Positions 47,610 to 60,500 of a stretch of DNA of 64,000 nucleotides are shown here, piece by piece; the first letter of the stretch is position 1; every line of letters starts with the position of its first letter. Made by a program: the position numbers and the translations under genes. Below the pieces are notes generated by a model. It ran no database searches, was not told the origin of the DNA, and saw nothing but the letters and a program-made list of their open reading frames with translations. This DNA comes from Squalus acanthias (Eukaryota): the NCBI GenBank assembly GCA_030390025.1, contig JASTWF010000035.1:3038001-3102000 (forward strand), given 5' to 3'.

Positions 47610-49714
47610 GTACAAAATACACTGGGGTCCGGGTTATGTTCCTGGTTTGTAACGGAAGGACAGGCAAACGGAACTAACTTACATTTCTACAGCGCCTTTC
47701 ACAACCTTGGGGCGTCTTTGCAGCCAATTAAGTGCTTTTGAAGTGTAACCACTGTTGTAATGTAGGAAACGAGGCAGCCAATTTAAACACAGCAAGCTCC
47801 CACAAACAGCCATGTTATAATGACCAGATAATCTGTTTTAGTGATGTTGGTTGAGGGATAAACGTTGACCAGGACACCGGGGAGAACTCCCATGCTCTTC
47901 AAATAGTTCCGTGCGATTATTTACGTCCAGCTGAGAGAGCAGACGGGGCCTCACTAACGTTTCATCGGAAAGACAACATCTCCGACAGTGCGGCACTCCC
48001 TCAGTACTGCCCCTCCGACAGTGCGGCGCTCCCTCAGTACTGCTCCTCTGACAGTGCGGCTCTCCCTCAGTACTGCCCCTCCGACAGTGCGGTGCTCCAT
48101 CAGTACTGCCCCTCCGACAGTGCGGCGCTCCCTCAGTACTGCCCCTCTGACTGTGCTCCGCTCCCTCAGTACTGCTCCTCTGACAGTGCAGCGCTCCCTC
48201 AGTACTGGCCCTCCGACAGGGCAGCACTCCCTCAGTACTGCCCCTCCGACAGTGCGGTGCTCCATCAGTACTGCCCCTCCGACAGTGCAGCACTCCCTCA
48301 GTACTGCTCCTCCGACAGTGCGGCGCTCCCTCAGTACTGCCCCTCCGACAGTGCAGCACTCCCTCAGTACTGCTCCTCCGACAGTGCGGCGCTCCCTCAG
48401 TACTGCCCCTCCGACAGTGCAGCACTCCCTCAGTACTGGTACTGGGAGTGTCAGCCTGAATTTTGGGGTCAAGTCTCTGGAGTTGGACTTGAACTCATGA
48501 CCCTGTGAATCAGAGGAGAAATTGGTGCCAATTCAGACACGGCTGTCACCTTGAATTATAAATATCTTGTAATCTAAGAGCTGGCACTCTCTGCTTTCTG
48601 CCCCTTAGACAATTCTTTCTCCACCTGAACCGGTCTGGGACCAGAGTCCTAGCGGAAAGGATAAATCAGGTGGTCAACAAGGACTTTAAACTGGTAAATG
48701 GGGGGGGGATCGCTGAGGTGGAAATTGTAGTTCAAATAATAGTTCAAAAACCAACGAAAGGGAAGAGAGTAGAGTAACAGTCAGAAATTGTGCTTTAGAC
48801 TCTACAGTTAAAGGGAAAACTAAAAGATGTAAAGTGATTAAACCAGGAGCGAGAAATAAGAAACATGAGAGTAAAACACTAGAGTGTAGACTGTGTGGCC
48901 CAAATAAGCGTTCTTTATATAGCTTTATAAGCGTTCTTTAATGCACGGAGTATAAGGATTAAATGGAATTAACTGCAGGCGCAAATTCAACTTGGAGGGT
49001 CTGACATGAGTTACTGAGACACGGCTGTGAGGCGGTCAGGACTATGAACTCAATATACCAGGTTATAAGGTCTACAGGAAAGACAGGGAAAATGGCAGAG
49101 GGGGAGGTGTAGCCTCAGTGATTTAGGATGAAATAACTTCAATGATAAGAGAGGATATAATGAGAGGTAAGCAGCCATGCCCTCTGCCTCCACAAGAGAT
49201 CTCCTTATGATCCCTAATTGGCCCGACCCTTCCTTTGACAATTTATATGTTTATAAAGGACTTTACTGTTCCTTTTCATGTTACTCGCTAATCTGTTACA
49301 AAAACTACTTGGATTTCTAGGCCATGCAAAGACCATGTCCTGAAGGGCTTCACCAGATAGAAGCAAAATTAAAATTTGGGAAATAAAACGTGCAGTAAAA
49401 CTTCTCCCTAATGCCACGCGTGTGTGAGAGAGCATGGGGTGACTGCAGCAGTTCAAGGACACCAAACAACAAGGCAATAAATGGACACTTATTAAGAATT
49501 AATTAAAAAAAGGAAACTAGGTACCAATTGAACCCTTCCCAGGAGAGGGGAATACACAGTGTCCAATCAAACCCTGTCCCACTGCTGGGTAGCACAGGGT
49601 GACCCATTGGGCGCACTGGTCTGTTCATAAGTGCACAGCAAGAGTTCCAATCACTGGACTGTATCCACAGACAGAAGCTAATAATCCTCTCTTACACTCT
49701 GACTCTAGTTTCAG

Positions 49715-49828
49715 GAGAGGATGTGACCGTGCCGATCAGAAGCGACTCGACCCCGATTGGGGACCCTGCAGTTACTGAGGAACATCACGAGACTGAGGGT
49801 CAAACAGTGGAGGGGGAAATCCCCACAG
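49715..49828 (+). CDS. Probable exon H copy 3
   Basis: Same as copy 2, offset by 2219 nt; splice sites intact. Confidence 0.55.
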
Positions 49829-51310
49829 GTACAAAATACACTGGGGTCCGGGTTATGTTCCTGGTTTGTAACGGAAGGACAGGCAAACGGAACTAACTTA
49901 CATTTCTACAGCGCCTTTCACAACCTTGGGACTTCTTTGCAGCCAATTAAGTGCTTTTGAAGTGTAACCACTGTTGTAATGTAGGAAACGAGGCAGCCAA
50001 TTTAAACACAGCAAGCTCCCACAAACAGCCATGTTATAATGACCAGATAATCTGTTTTAGTGATGTTGGTTGAGGGATAAACGTTGACCAGGACACCGGG
50101 GAGAACTCCCCTGCTCTTCTTCAAATAGTGCCATGCAATCATTTACGTCCAGCTGAGAGAGCAGACGGGGCCTCACTGTAACGTTTCAGCAGAAAGACAA
50201 CATCTCCGACAGTGCGGCGCTCCCTCAGTACTGCCCCTCCGACATTGCGGCGCTCCCTCAGTACTGTCCCTCCGACAGTGCAGCGCTCCCTCAGTACTGC
50301 CCCTCCGACAGTGCGGCGCTCCCTCAGTACTGTCCCTCCGACTGTGCGGCGCTCCCTCAGTACTGCCCCTCCGACAGTGCGGCGCTCCCTCAGTACTGTC
50401 CCTCCGACAGTGCAGCTCTCCCTCAGTACTGCCCCTCCGACAGTGCGGCGCTTCCTCAGTACTGTCCCTCCGACAGTGCGGCGCTCCCTCAGTACTGCCC
50501 CAGTTTGTTGTCGTCGGCAAATTTAGAAATTCTACTCTGTATTCCAATATCCAGGTCATTTATATATATATATATTCAAAAAAAGCAGTGGCCCCAGCAC
50601 TGACCCTAGGGGAACACCACTGTCTACCATCCTCCAGTCTGGAAAAACAGCCATTTACCACAACTCGCTGTTTTCTGTCCTTAAGCCAATTCCTTCTCCA
50701 AGCTGCCACTGACCCACCTGTTCCATGAGCCTCAATGTTGTTAACCAGCCTTCTATGTCGTACTTTGACAAACGCCTTCTGAAAATCCATGTAGACAACA
50801 TCCATTGCATTCCCTTCATCGATCCTCCCTGTTACTTCATCAAAAAATTCAATTAGATTAGTCAAACACAATCTGCCTTTTACAAAGCTGTGTTGGCTCT
50901 CCTTAATTAACCTCTCCAAATGCCTGTTAATTTTTTCCTTGATTCTTGTTTCTAAAACTTTACCCATCACTGATGTTAAACTGACCGTCCTGTAGTTACG
51001 TAGGGGGTGATTTTCCCACTGGAGGCGGGTTGCAGGCGAGTTTCGGTTTGGGTGGGTTCCAAACCCGCTTCCACTGATGGGTTTCAGAAATTGCGATTTA
51101 TTTATTTTCTTCTTCACCCCCCCCCCCCCTAATTGGCCAGTTGATTTCAGAGGTGTGGGATGCCCAGGGTCAATTAATGTTTTGGGACTGAAACTCACCT
51201 CTGCTGACCGCATTTTTCCAGCCTTTTTTAAGGGCTGCTTACTGCCTTTGATCATTCCACTGGATTTCTGTCGATGCTGCACCACCTGCAATATATTCTG
51301 AAAAACCGCT

Positions 51311-51550
51311 GTGTCCAATTCTAAGGCAAGGGCCTCCCCAAGGTTCTCGGATGAGGTGCTGCAAATGTTGGTTGAGGGAGTGAGAGCTGGCAGGGAGGTG
51401 CTCTTCCCCTCATCTGGGAGGAAGAGGCCTCCCAAAGAAACCAAGGCTGTGTGGGTGCAGCTAGCAAGGGATATAACCTCCAGATCTGTGTGCAGATTGG
51501 GTGAATGTTTATGTGTATTGATGAAATGCCATCCCTGTTGGAAAGCATAA
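51311..51550 (+). pseudogene. Harbinger Myb/SANT-like DNA-binding protein, truncated
   Basis: RASPRFSDEVLQMLVEGV...REVLF...W..LA..I. Confidence 0.8.
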
Positions 51551-51721
51551 AAATGATTTGATGGCAAAATGTTGGTGTCATGGCATCTGTTCTTTCGCCT
51601 TAGGCAGCTCCACATTGCGGGCTCTGTGACACTTGCTTTCTCAGGTTGGTGGCCAGAGAGTCATGTCCATTGTCTATGATGTCTCAAGATGGAGCCAAGG
51701 ACATGTGCCAACATGGGCAAC

Positions 51722-53008
51722 CTATGCAAATCTGGCCAGGATAAGTGCATCCCTTGCATCACGGGCAGTCATGTGCTCGTGTGCTGCCACTGCTGCTGGT
51801 CGAAAGACCAGCGCTGACCTCCTCCTGCTCCTGCTCCTCCTCCTGCCCCTCCTCCTCCTCCTGCTCCTCCTCCTCCTCCTGCTCCTCAGTCTCCTCATCC
51901 TCATCTGAGGAGGCCTGGAACTGAGCCACTTGCTCATTAGGAAGCTGCAAGCCACGACGCTGTGCGATGTTGTGCAGTGCACAGCAGACCACGGCCATTC
52001 TGGAGACCCTGTATGGTGTATACGGCAGGGCTCCACCTGATCGGTCAAGGCATCGAAAGTGCACCTTCAACAACCCAATGGTTTGCTCGATGATGGACCT
52101 GGTCGATATGTGGCTGGCGTTGTAGCACTCTTCAGCCTCGTTAGCTGGCCTCCTGATCGGCGTCATTAGCCACTTCTTCAGGGGGTAGCCTTTGTCACCA
52201 AGGAGCAATCCGTTAAGTTGGTTTGGTGGATTGAAAAGCGGAGGAACACTAGAGTGCCTGCAGGATGAAAGAGTCATGGCAACTACCACAGAACTTTGCG
52301 CAAACATGCAAAAACTCCTTCTTGTGATTACACACCAGCTGTACGTTGAGGGAGTGGAAGCCCTTGCAGTTGACAAAGATAGCTGGGTTGTGATGGGGTG
52401 CCCCAAGGGCCACATGTGTGCAGTCTATGACGCCCTGCACCATTGGCAAGCCTGCCATATTTACAAAGCCAACCGCACGCGCGGTTATACTTGCTTGATC
52501 CCTTGAGAACTGGATGAAATTGTGGGCGTTTGCGAAAAAGGGCATCGGTAACCTGCGTGATGCAACTGTGGGTGGCCGACTGGGAGATGCCGCTGATATC
52601 TGCTGAAGATTCCTGGAAGGAGCCTGAGGCAAAGAAGTTGAGTGCGGTGGTGACTTTGACAGCTACTGGTAAGGGGTGTCCACCCGTTCCTCTGGGCACC
52701 AGGTCTTGCTGCAGCAGTCCGCAGATTTCTCAGACAAGCTCTCACGAAAGTCTCAGCCTCCTTTGGCACTGCTGCTCAATCATGTTGAGGTAGCTCATCC
52801 TCTGTCTGTAAACCCTCTGTTGTGGGTATCTCCTGCGGCGAGGTGACTCGATGCGCTGGCGCCTTCTGCCCTGTGCAGCATCAGGTGGGTGAGCAGGAGG
52901 TTGCGGCTCCTGCTGCTGTTGCTCCTGAGCTGCCTGGTTCTGATGCTGCCGTGGCTGCTCCTCATCTGAATCTGAGGTCCATGGTGAAAGGAAATAAATG
53001 GTTCCCAT
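51722..53008 (-). pseudogene. Harbinger DDE transposase, frameshifted
   Basis: [53 protein letters not shown]. Confidence 0.92.
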
Positions 53009-53125
53009 GCTGCTGGCAGATGGGTCCGTTGGGGAAGCGCTCATTCAAGCAGGGAGAGGGTCTTCCAAGGAGGTCCCACAGATAGGTAGAACATGCAGCA
53101 CCTCCGACTTCGGAAGGCCTGCTAA

Positions 53126-54156
53126 AAGTGGGGTACCGCAGGGATCGGTCCTTGGACCCCAGCTATTCACAATATATATTAATGATCTAGACAAGGGAAC
53201 TACATGTAATATCTCCAAGTTTGCAGACGACACAAAGCTGGGTGGGCGTGTGTGCTGTGAGGAGGATGCCGAGAAACTCCAGGATGATTTGGACAGGTTG
53301 GGTGATTGGGCAGAAGCTGGCAGATGCAATATAAGATGGATAAATGCGAGGTTATCCACTTTGGTGTCAAAAACAGGAAGGCAGATTATTATCTGAATGG
53401 CAATAGATTGGGAGAAGGGGAAGTGCAATGAGACCTGGGTGTCCTTGTGCACCAGTCGCTGAAGGTAAGCATGCAGGTGCAGCAGGCGGTTAAGAAGGCA
53501 AATGGTATGTTGGCCTTCGTAGTGAGAGGGTTTGAGTACAGGAACAAGGATGTCTTGCTGCAGTTGTACAGGGCCTTGGTGAGACCACACCTTGAGTATT
53601 GTGTGCAGTTTTGGTCACCTTATCTGAGGAAGGAGGTTCTTGCCATGGAAGGAGTTCAGCGAAGATTCACCAGGCTGATACCTGGGATGGAAGGAATGAC
53701 GTATGAGGAGAGATTGGGTCGATTGGGCTTATATTCGCTGGAGTTTAGAAGAATGACGGGATCTCATTGAAACTTATAAAATTCTAACAGGACTAGACAG
53801 ACTAGATGCAGGAAGGATGTTCCCGATGGTCGGGGAGTCCAGAACCAGGGGTCACAGTCTAAGGATAAGGGGTAAGCCATTTAGGACAGAAATGATGAGG
53901 AATTTCTTCACCCAGAGAGTGGTGAACCTGTGGAATTCTCTACCACAGAAGGCAGTAGAGGCCAATTCATTAAATATATTCAAGAAGGAGTTGGATATAT
54001 TTCTTAAGGCTAAAGGGATCAAGGGATATGGGGAGAAAGCAGGGACAGGGTACTGAATTTGGATGATCAGCCATGATCGCATTGAATGGCGGAGCAGGCT
54101 CGAGGGGCCGAATGGCCTACTCCTGCTCCTATCTTCTATGTTTCTATGTTTCTATG
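53126..54156 (+). mobile_element. 5'-truncated CR1 nested in the Harbinger element
   Basis: RT fragments and tail; TSD taaaagtg. Confidence 0.92.
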
Positions 54157-54846
54157 TAAAAGTGTGGAAAGACCTTTTAAAGCAAAGTTCTAGCACCTGC
54201 AACTAATCCCTGATGCAAGCTCCGTTTTAATGGTTGAGCTGCAGCTGTGAGGAGGCCACCCACTTGTGAACCCGCCAGGTTTAGCTGGCGTGGTTTAGGA
54301 GGGGCGTGAAACATGCTAGAAATGTTGAAAAATAACGATTAGGCTTAGAGAGGCCCTTAATGATCATTTAAGGCCCTTAACAAGCTCTCTGGCCTTTTGG
54401 AGGCGGGACTGTTTCCCGCCCTGCAAAACCGGCACCGGCAAAATCCTGCGGAGGCGGGTTCCAAACCTCATTTTTCCGATTTTCCCGCCTTAAACACCTC
54501 CAAACCCGCCTCCTCGGGGCTGAGAAAATCACCCCCTAGGATTATCCTTACACCCTTTCTTGAACAATGGTGTCACATTTGCCACTTTCCAATCCTCAGG
54601 CACCTCCCCCACATCTAGGGAAGATTGGAAAATTATGGCAAGCCCTTCCGCTATCTCTTCCCCTAATTCCTTTAGCAACCTGGGATGCAAGCCATCTGGA
54701 CCAGGCGACTTATCCACTTTAAGCATACCCAGTCTTTCTAGTACATCCTGTCTATCAATTTTCACCCCCGCCATTACTTCTACCGTTTCCACTTCTACCG
54801 ATATTTTGTCAGCATCCACCTCCTTTAGTAAACACCGATACAGAGT

Positions 54847-56977
54847 ACCCTTTAAGTAACGTTCCCCAATCCATCCTAGCAAGTTGGCTAGGATGGATTG
54901 GGGAACGTTACTTAAAGGGTTGACGGTGGATAGGCAATGGCAAACATTTAAAGACTGCATGGATGAACTACAGAATTTGTTCATCCCTGTTTGGCATAAA
55001 AATAAAACAAAAATGGTGACTCAACCGTGGCTAACAAGGGAAATTAGGGATAGCATAAGATCCAAGGAGAGGGCATATAAATTGGCCAGAAAAAGCAGCA
55101 AGCCTGAGGATTGGGAGCAGTTTAGGATTCAGCAAAGGAGGACAAAGGGATTAATTAAGAGGGAACATAAAAGCTTTTATAGATATGTGAAGAGAAAAAG
55201 ATTGGTGAAGTCAAGCATAGGTCCCTTGCAGTCAGAATCAGGGGAATTTATAATAGGGAACAAAGAAATGGCAGACCAATTAAATACATACTTTGGTTCT
55301 GTCTTCACAAAGGAGGACACAAATAACCTCCCAGAGATGTCGGGCAACATAAGGTCTAATGAGAGGGAGGAACTGAATGAAATCAGTATTTGTAGGGAAA
55401 TGGTGTTAGGGAAATTGACGGGATTGAAGGCCGATAAATCCCCAGGGCCTGATAATCTACATCCTAGGGTACATAAGGAAGTGGCCCTAGAAATAGTAGA
55501 TGCATTGCTGGTCATCTTCCAAAATTCTACAGACTCTGGAACAGTTCCCATGGATTGAAGGGTAGCTAATGTAAAGGTGGGAGAGAGAAAACGGGGAATT
55601 ATAGACCGGTAAGCCTGACATCGGTAGTGGGCAAAATGCTAGAGTCCATTATAAAAGATGTAATAGCAGAGCACTTGGAAAACAGTGATGGGATCAGGCA
55701 AAGTCAACATGGATTTACAAAAGGTAAATCATGCTTGACTAATCAACTGGAATTTTTTGAGGATGTAACTGGTAAAATAGATAAGGGAGAACCAGTGGAT
55801 GTGGTGTATTTGGACTTTCAGAAGGCTTTCGATAAGGTCCCGCATAAGAGATTAGCGTGCAAAGTTAAAGCACATGGGATTGGGGGTAAGGTACTGACTT
55901 GGATAGAGAACTGGTTGGCAGACAGGAAGCAAAGAGTTGGAATAAACGGGTCTTTTTCCGAGTGGCAGGCAGTGACTGGTGGGGTACCGCAGGGATTGGT
56001 GCTAGGACCCCAGTTATTCACAATATATATTAATGATCTAGACGAGGGAACGAGATGCAATATCTTCAAGTTTGCAGACGACACAAAGCTGGGTGGGCGT
56101 GTGTGCTGTGAGGAGGATGCAGAGAAACTCCAGTATGATTTGGACTGGTTGGGTGATTGGGCAGATGCATTGCAGATGCAGTATAATGTGGATAAATGCA
56201 AGGTTATCCACTTTGGTGGCAAAAACAGGAAGACAGATTATTATCTGAATGGCAATAGATTGGGAAAAGGGGAAGTGCAACGAGACCTTGTGCACCAGTT
56301 GCTGAAGGTAAGCATGCAGGTGCAGCAGGCGGTTAAGAAGGCAAATGGTATGTTGACCTTCATAGCGAGAGGATTCGAGTACAGGAGCAAGGATGTCCTG
56401 CTGCAGTTGTACAGGGCCTTGGTGAGACCACACCTTGAGTATTGTGTGCAGTTTTGGTCGTCTTATCTGAGGAAGGATGCTCTTGCCATGGAGGGAGTGC
56501 AGCGAAGATTTACCAGACTGATACCTGGGATGGCAGGAATGACGTATGAAGAGAGATTGAGTCGATTAGGCTTATATTCGCTAGAGTTTAGAAGAATGAG
56601 AGGAGATCTCATTGAAACTTATAAAATTCTAACAGGACTAGACAGACTAGATGCAGGAAGGATTTTCCTGATGGCGGGGGAGTCCAGAACCAGAATCTAA
56701 GGATAAGGGGTAAGCCATTTAGGACTGAGATGAGGAGGAATTTCTTCACCCAGAGAGTGGTAAACCTGTGGAATCCTCTACCACACAAGGCAGTTGAGGC
56801 CAATTCATTAAATATATTCAAGGAGTTAGATATATTTCTTAAGGCTAAAGGGATCAAGGGATATGGGGGGAAAGCAGGGACAGCATACTGAATTTGGATG
56901 ATCAGCCATGATCTCATTAAATGGCGGAACAGGCTCGAGGGGCCGAATGGCCTACTCCTGCTCCTATCTTCTATGTT
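54847..56977 (+). mobile_element. CR1 LINE with a 34-bp fold-back at its 5' junction
   Basis: ORFs 54884-55558 and 55627-56700; inverted repeat 54847-54880 / 54887-54920. Confidence 0.92.
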
Positions 56978-57588
56978 TCATTGAGTATTCTAGCCTTGCC
57001 CTGCGCCTCTAAGCATATATCACCTTCTTTGTCTCTAATAGTCCCCACCCCGTCTGTTACTACCCGCTTACTGTTTTCATGCGGGTAGAAGATTTTTGGG
57101 TTCCCTTTTATGTTAACCGCCATTCTACTCTCATATTCTCTATTTGCCAATCTTATTTTCATCTTCACATCCCCTCTCAACTTATTGTATTTGGTCTGGT
57201 TCTCCCTTGAAGAATTCTCCTGTCATGCATCATACACCCTCATTTTTTGTTTCATCATCTTCTCTATCTCCCTCGTCATCCAAGGAGCCCTTGCTTTGGT
57301 TCCCTTACCCTTCACTCTTGTTGGAATGTACCTAGCCTGTACTCGGAACACCTCCTCCTTAAAGATCACCCATTGTTCCGTTACAGTTTTTCCTGTCAGT
57401 CTTTGGTTCCATTTTACCCTGGCTAGATCCTTTCGCATCCCATTGAAGTTAGCCCTATTCCAGTTTAGAAGTTCCACTCTAGATTGTTCCTTGCTCCTCT
57501 TCATTGCTAATCTAAATCTTATGATACGATGATCACTCGTACCCAAGTGTTCTCCCACTGACACTTGGTTGACCTGGCCCACCTCATT

Positions 57589-60500
57589 CTGGCTCCAGAA
57601 CAATCAAGGCTGGGAACTGAATATCCAGGGGTATTCAACATTCAGGAAGGATAGAATAAAAGGAAAAGGGGGTGGGGTAGCATTGCTGGTTAAAAAGGAG
57701 ATTAATGCAATAGCAAGGAAGGACATTAGCTTGGAGGATGTGGAATCAATATGGGTTGAGCTGCAGAACACCAAACGGCAGAAAACGTTAGTGGGGGTTG
57801 TGTACAGACCTCCAAACAGTAGTAGTGAGGTGGGGGAGGGTATGAAACAGGAAATCAGAGGTGCATGCAAAAAAGGCGCAGCAGTTATCATGGGTGACTT
57901 TAATATGCATATAGATTGGGCTACTCAAACTGGAAGCAATACGGTGGAGGAGGATGTCCTGGAGTGTTTAAGGGATGGTTTCCTAAACCAATATGTTGAG
58001 GAACCAACTAGAGGGGAGGCCATCCTGGACTGGGTGTTGTGTAATGAGGAAGGACTAATCAGCAATCTTGTGGTGCGAGGCCCCTTGGGGAAGAGTGACC
58101 ATAGTATGGTGGAGTTCTACATTAGGATGGAGAAGGAAACAGTTAATTCAGAGACCATGGTCCAGAACTTAAATAAGGGCAACTTTGAGGGTATGAGGTG
58201 TGAATTGGCGAGGTTAGATTGGCAAGCGATATTTAAGGGGTTATCAGTGGAAGGGCAATGGCAGACATTTAGAGATTGCATGGATGAACTACAGCAATTG
58301 TACATCCCTGTCTGGCGTAAAAATAAAAAAGGGAAGGTGGCTCAACCATGGCTAACAAGGGAAATCAGGGATAGTATTAAAAGCAAGGAAGTGGCATACA
58401 AATTGGCCAGAAGTAGCAGCAAACCCGGGGACTGGGAGAACTTTAAAACTCAGCAGAGGAGGACGAAGGGTTTGATTAGGGCAGGGAAAATAAAATATGA
58501 AAGGAAGCTTGCGGAGAACATTAAAACGGACTGCAAAAGCTTCTATAAATATGTAAAAAGAAAGCGGTTAGTAAAATCAAACGTAGGTCCCCTGCAGTCA
58601 GAAACAGGGGAAGTCATAATGGGGAACAAAGACATGGCAGATCAATTGAACAAGTACTTTGGTTCGGTGTTTACTGTGGAGGACACAAACAACCTTCCGG
58701 AAATAAAAGAGATCAAAGGATCTGGTAAGAGGGAGGAGCTGAGGGAAATCCTTATCAGTCGGGAAAAGGTGTTGGGGAAATTGATGGGACTGAAGGCTGA
58801 TAAATCCCCAGGGCCTGATGGTCTGCATCCCAGAGTACTTAAGGAGGTGGCCTTGGAAATAGTGGATGCATTGACGATCATTTTCCAACAATCCTTAGAC
58901 TCTGGATCAGTTCCGAAGGAGTGGAGGGTGGCTAATGTAACCCCTCTTTTTAAAAAAGGAGGGAGGGAGAAAGCAGGGAATTATAGACCGGTCAGCCTGA
59001 CATCGGTGGTGGGTAAAATGATGGAATCAATTATTAAAGATTTCATAACAGACCATTTGGAAAGTGGCGACATGATAGGTCCAAGTCAGCATGGATTTGT
59101 GATAGGGAAATCATGCTTGACAAATCTTCTGGAATTTTTTGAGGATGTTTCCAATAGGGTGGACGGCGGGGAACCAGTAGATGTGGTGTATTTGGACTTT
59201 CAGAAGGCCTTCGACAAGGTCCCACACAAGAGATTGGTGTGCAAAGTTAAAGCACATGGGATTGGGGGTAATAGATACATAGATACATAGATACATAGAT
59301 ACATAGATACATAGAAGATAGGAGCAGGAGTAGGCCATCCGGCCCTTCGAGCCTGCTCCGCCATTTAATGAGATCATGGCTGATCCTCCAATTCAGTATC
59401 CCGTCCCCGCCTTCTCTCCGTAACCCTTAACCCCTTTTGCCTGTAGAAATATATCTAATTCCCTCTTAAATATATTTAATGAGCTGGCGTACACTGCCCT
59501 CTGTGGCAATGAGTTCCACAGGTTCACCACCCTCTGAGTGAAGAAATTCCCCCTCATTTCTGTCCTAAATGGTTTAGCCCTTATCCTTAAATTATGTCCT
59601 CTAGTTCTGTTCTCACCCGCCAAGGGAAACATTCCTTCTGCATCTAGTCTGTCTAGACCTGTCAGAATTTTATACACTTCTATGAGGTCCCCTCTCAATC
59701 TTCTAAACTCCAGTGTGTACATCCCTAAACTACATAGTCTCTCCTCATAGGTCAATCCCGCTATTCCTGGTATCAGCCTGGTGAATCGCCGCTGCACCCC
59801 CTCCATGGCAAGAACATCTTTCCTCAGATGAGGCGACCAAAACTGTACACAGTACTCGAGGTGTGGTCTCACCAGTGCCCTGTACAGCTGCAGCAAGGTA
59901 TCCCTGTTCCTGTATTCCAACCCTTTTGCTATGAAGGCCAGCATACCGTTTGCCTTCTTGACCGCCTGTTGCACCTGCATGCTCGCCTTCAGTGACTGGT
60001 GTACAAGAACACCCAGGTCTCTCTGTACTTCCCCCTCTCCCAATTTATTGCCATTTAAATAATAATTTGCCCTCCCGTTCCTGCACCCAAGGTGGATAAC
60101 TTCGCACTTGTCCACATTATAGTGCATCTGCCATTTATCCGCCCAATCACCCAGTCTGTCCAAATCGCTCTGGAGCTTCCTGGTCGCCTCCTCTGAGCCC
60201 ACCCCCCCTCCTAGTTTAGTGTCGTCTGCAAATTTGGAAATGCTGCATCCGACTCCCTGATCCAGGTCATTAATGTAAATTGTGAACAGCTGGGGACCCA
60301 GGACAGATCCCTGTGGTACCCCACTTGTTACTGCCTGCCATTCAGAAAATGAGCCGTTTATTCCAACTCTCTGTTTTCTATCTGACAGCCAGTTCTCTAT
60401 CCACGTCAATACTTTCCCCTTTATCCCATGAGCTTCAATTTTCCATGCTAATCTTTTATGTGGGACCTTGTCGAAGGCCTTTTGGAAGTCCAGGTACACC

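Larger units (their letters stand above)
46217..50200. repeat. ~2.2-kb tandem duplication containing exon H
   Basis: 46217-47980 recurs at 48437-50200 (offset ~2220) almost unchanged; a related copy begins at ~41153. Confidence 0.92.
51004..54536 (-). mobile_element. PIF/Harbinger transposon (degenerate, two convergent genes)
   Basis: TIR ggggtgattttc / gaaaatcacccc; flanking tag / tag; transposase and Myb-like remnants. Confidence 0.9.
50500..57588 (-). mobile_element. Old CR1 scaffold (pieces 50500-51000, 54540-54846, 56978-57588; resumes ~61700) hosting later insertions
   Basis: Colinear RT/EN remnants across the insertion junctions. Confidence 0.8.

Noticed and set aside
22980..50526. 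STAPPTVQRSL / HCRRGSTEG repeat proteins (mucin-like)
   Set aside because: Translations of the SINE-derived 33-bp minisatellite
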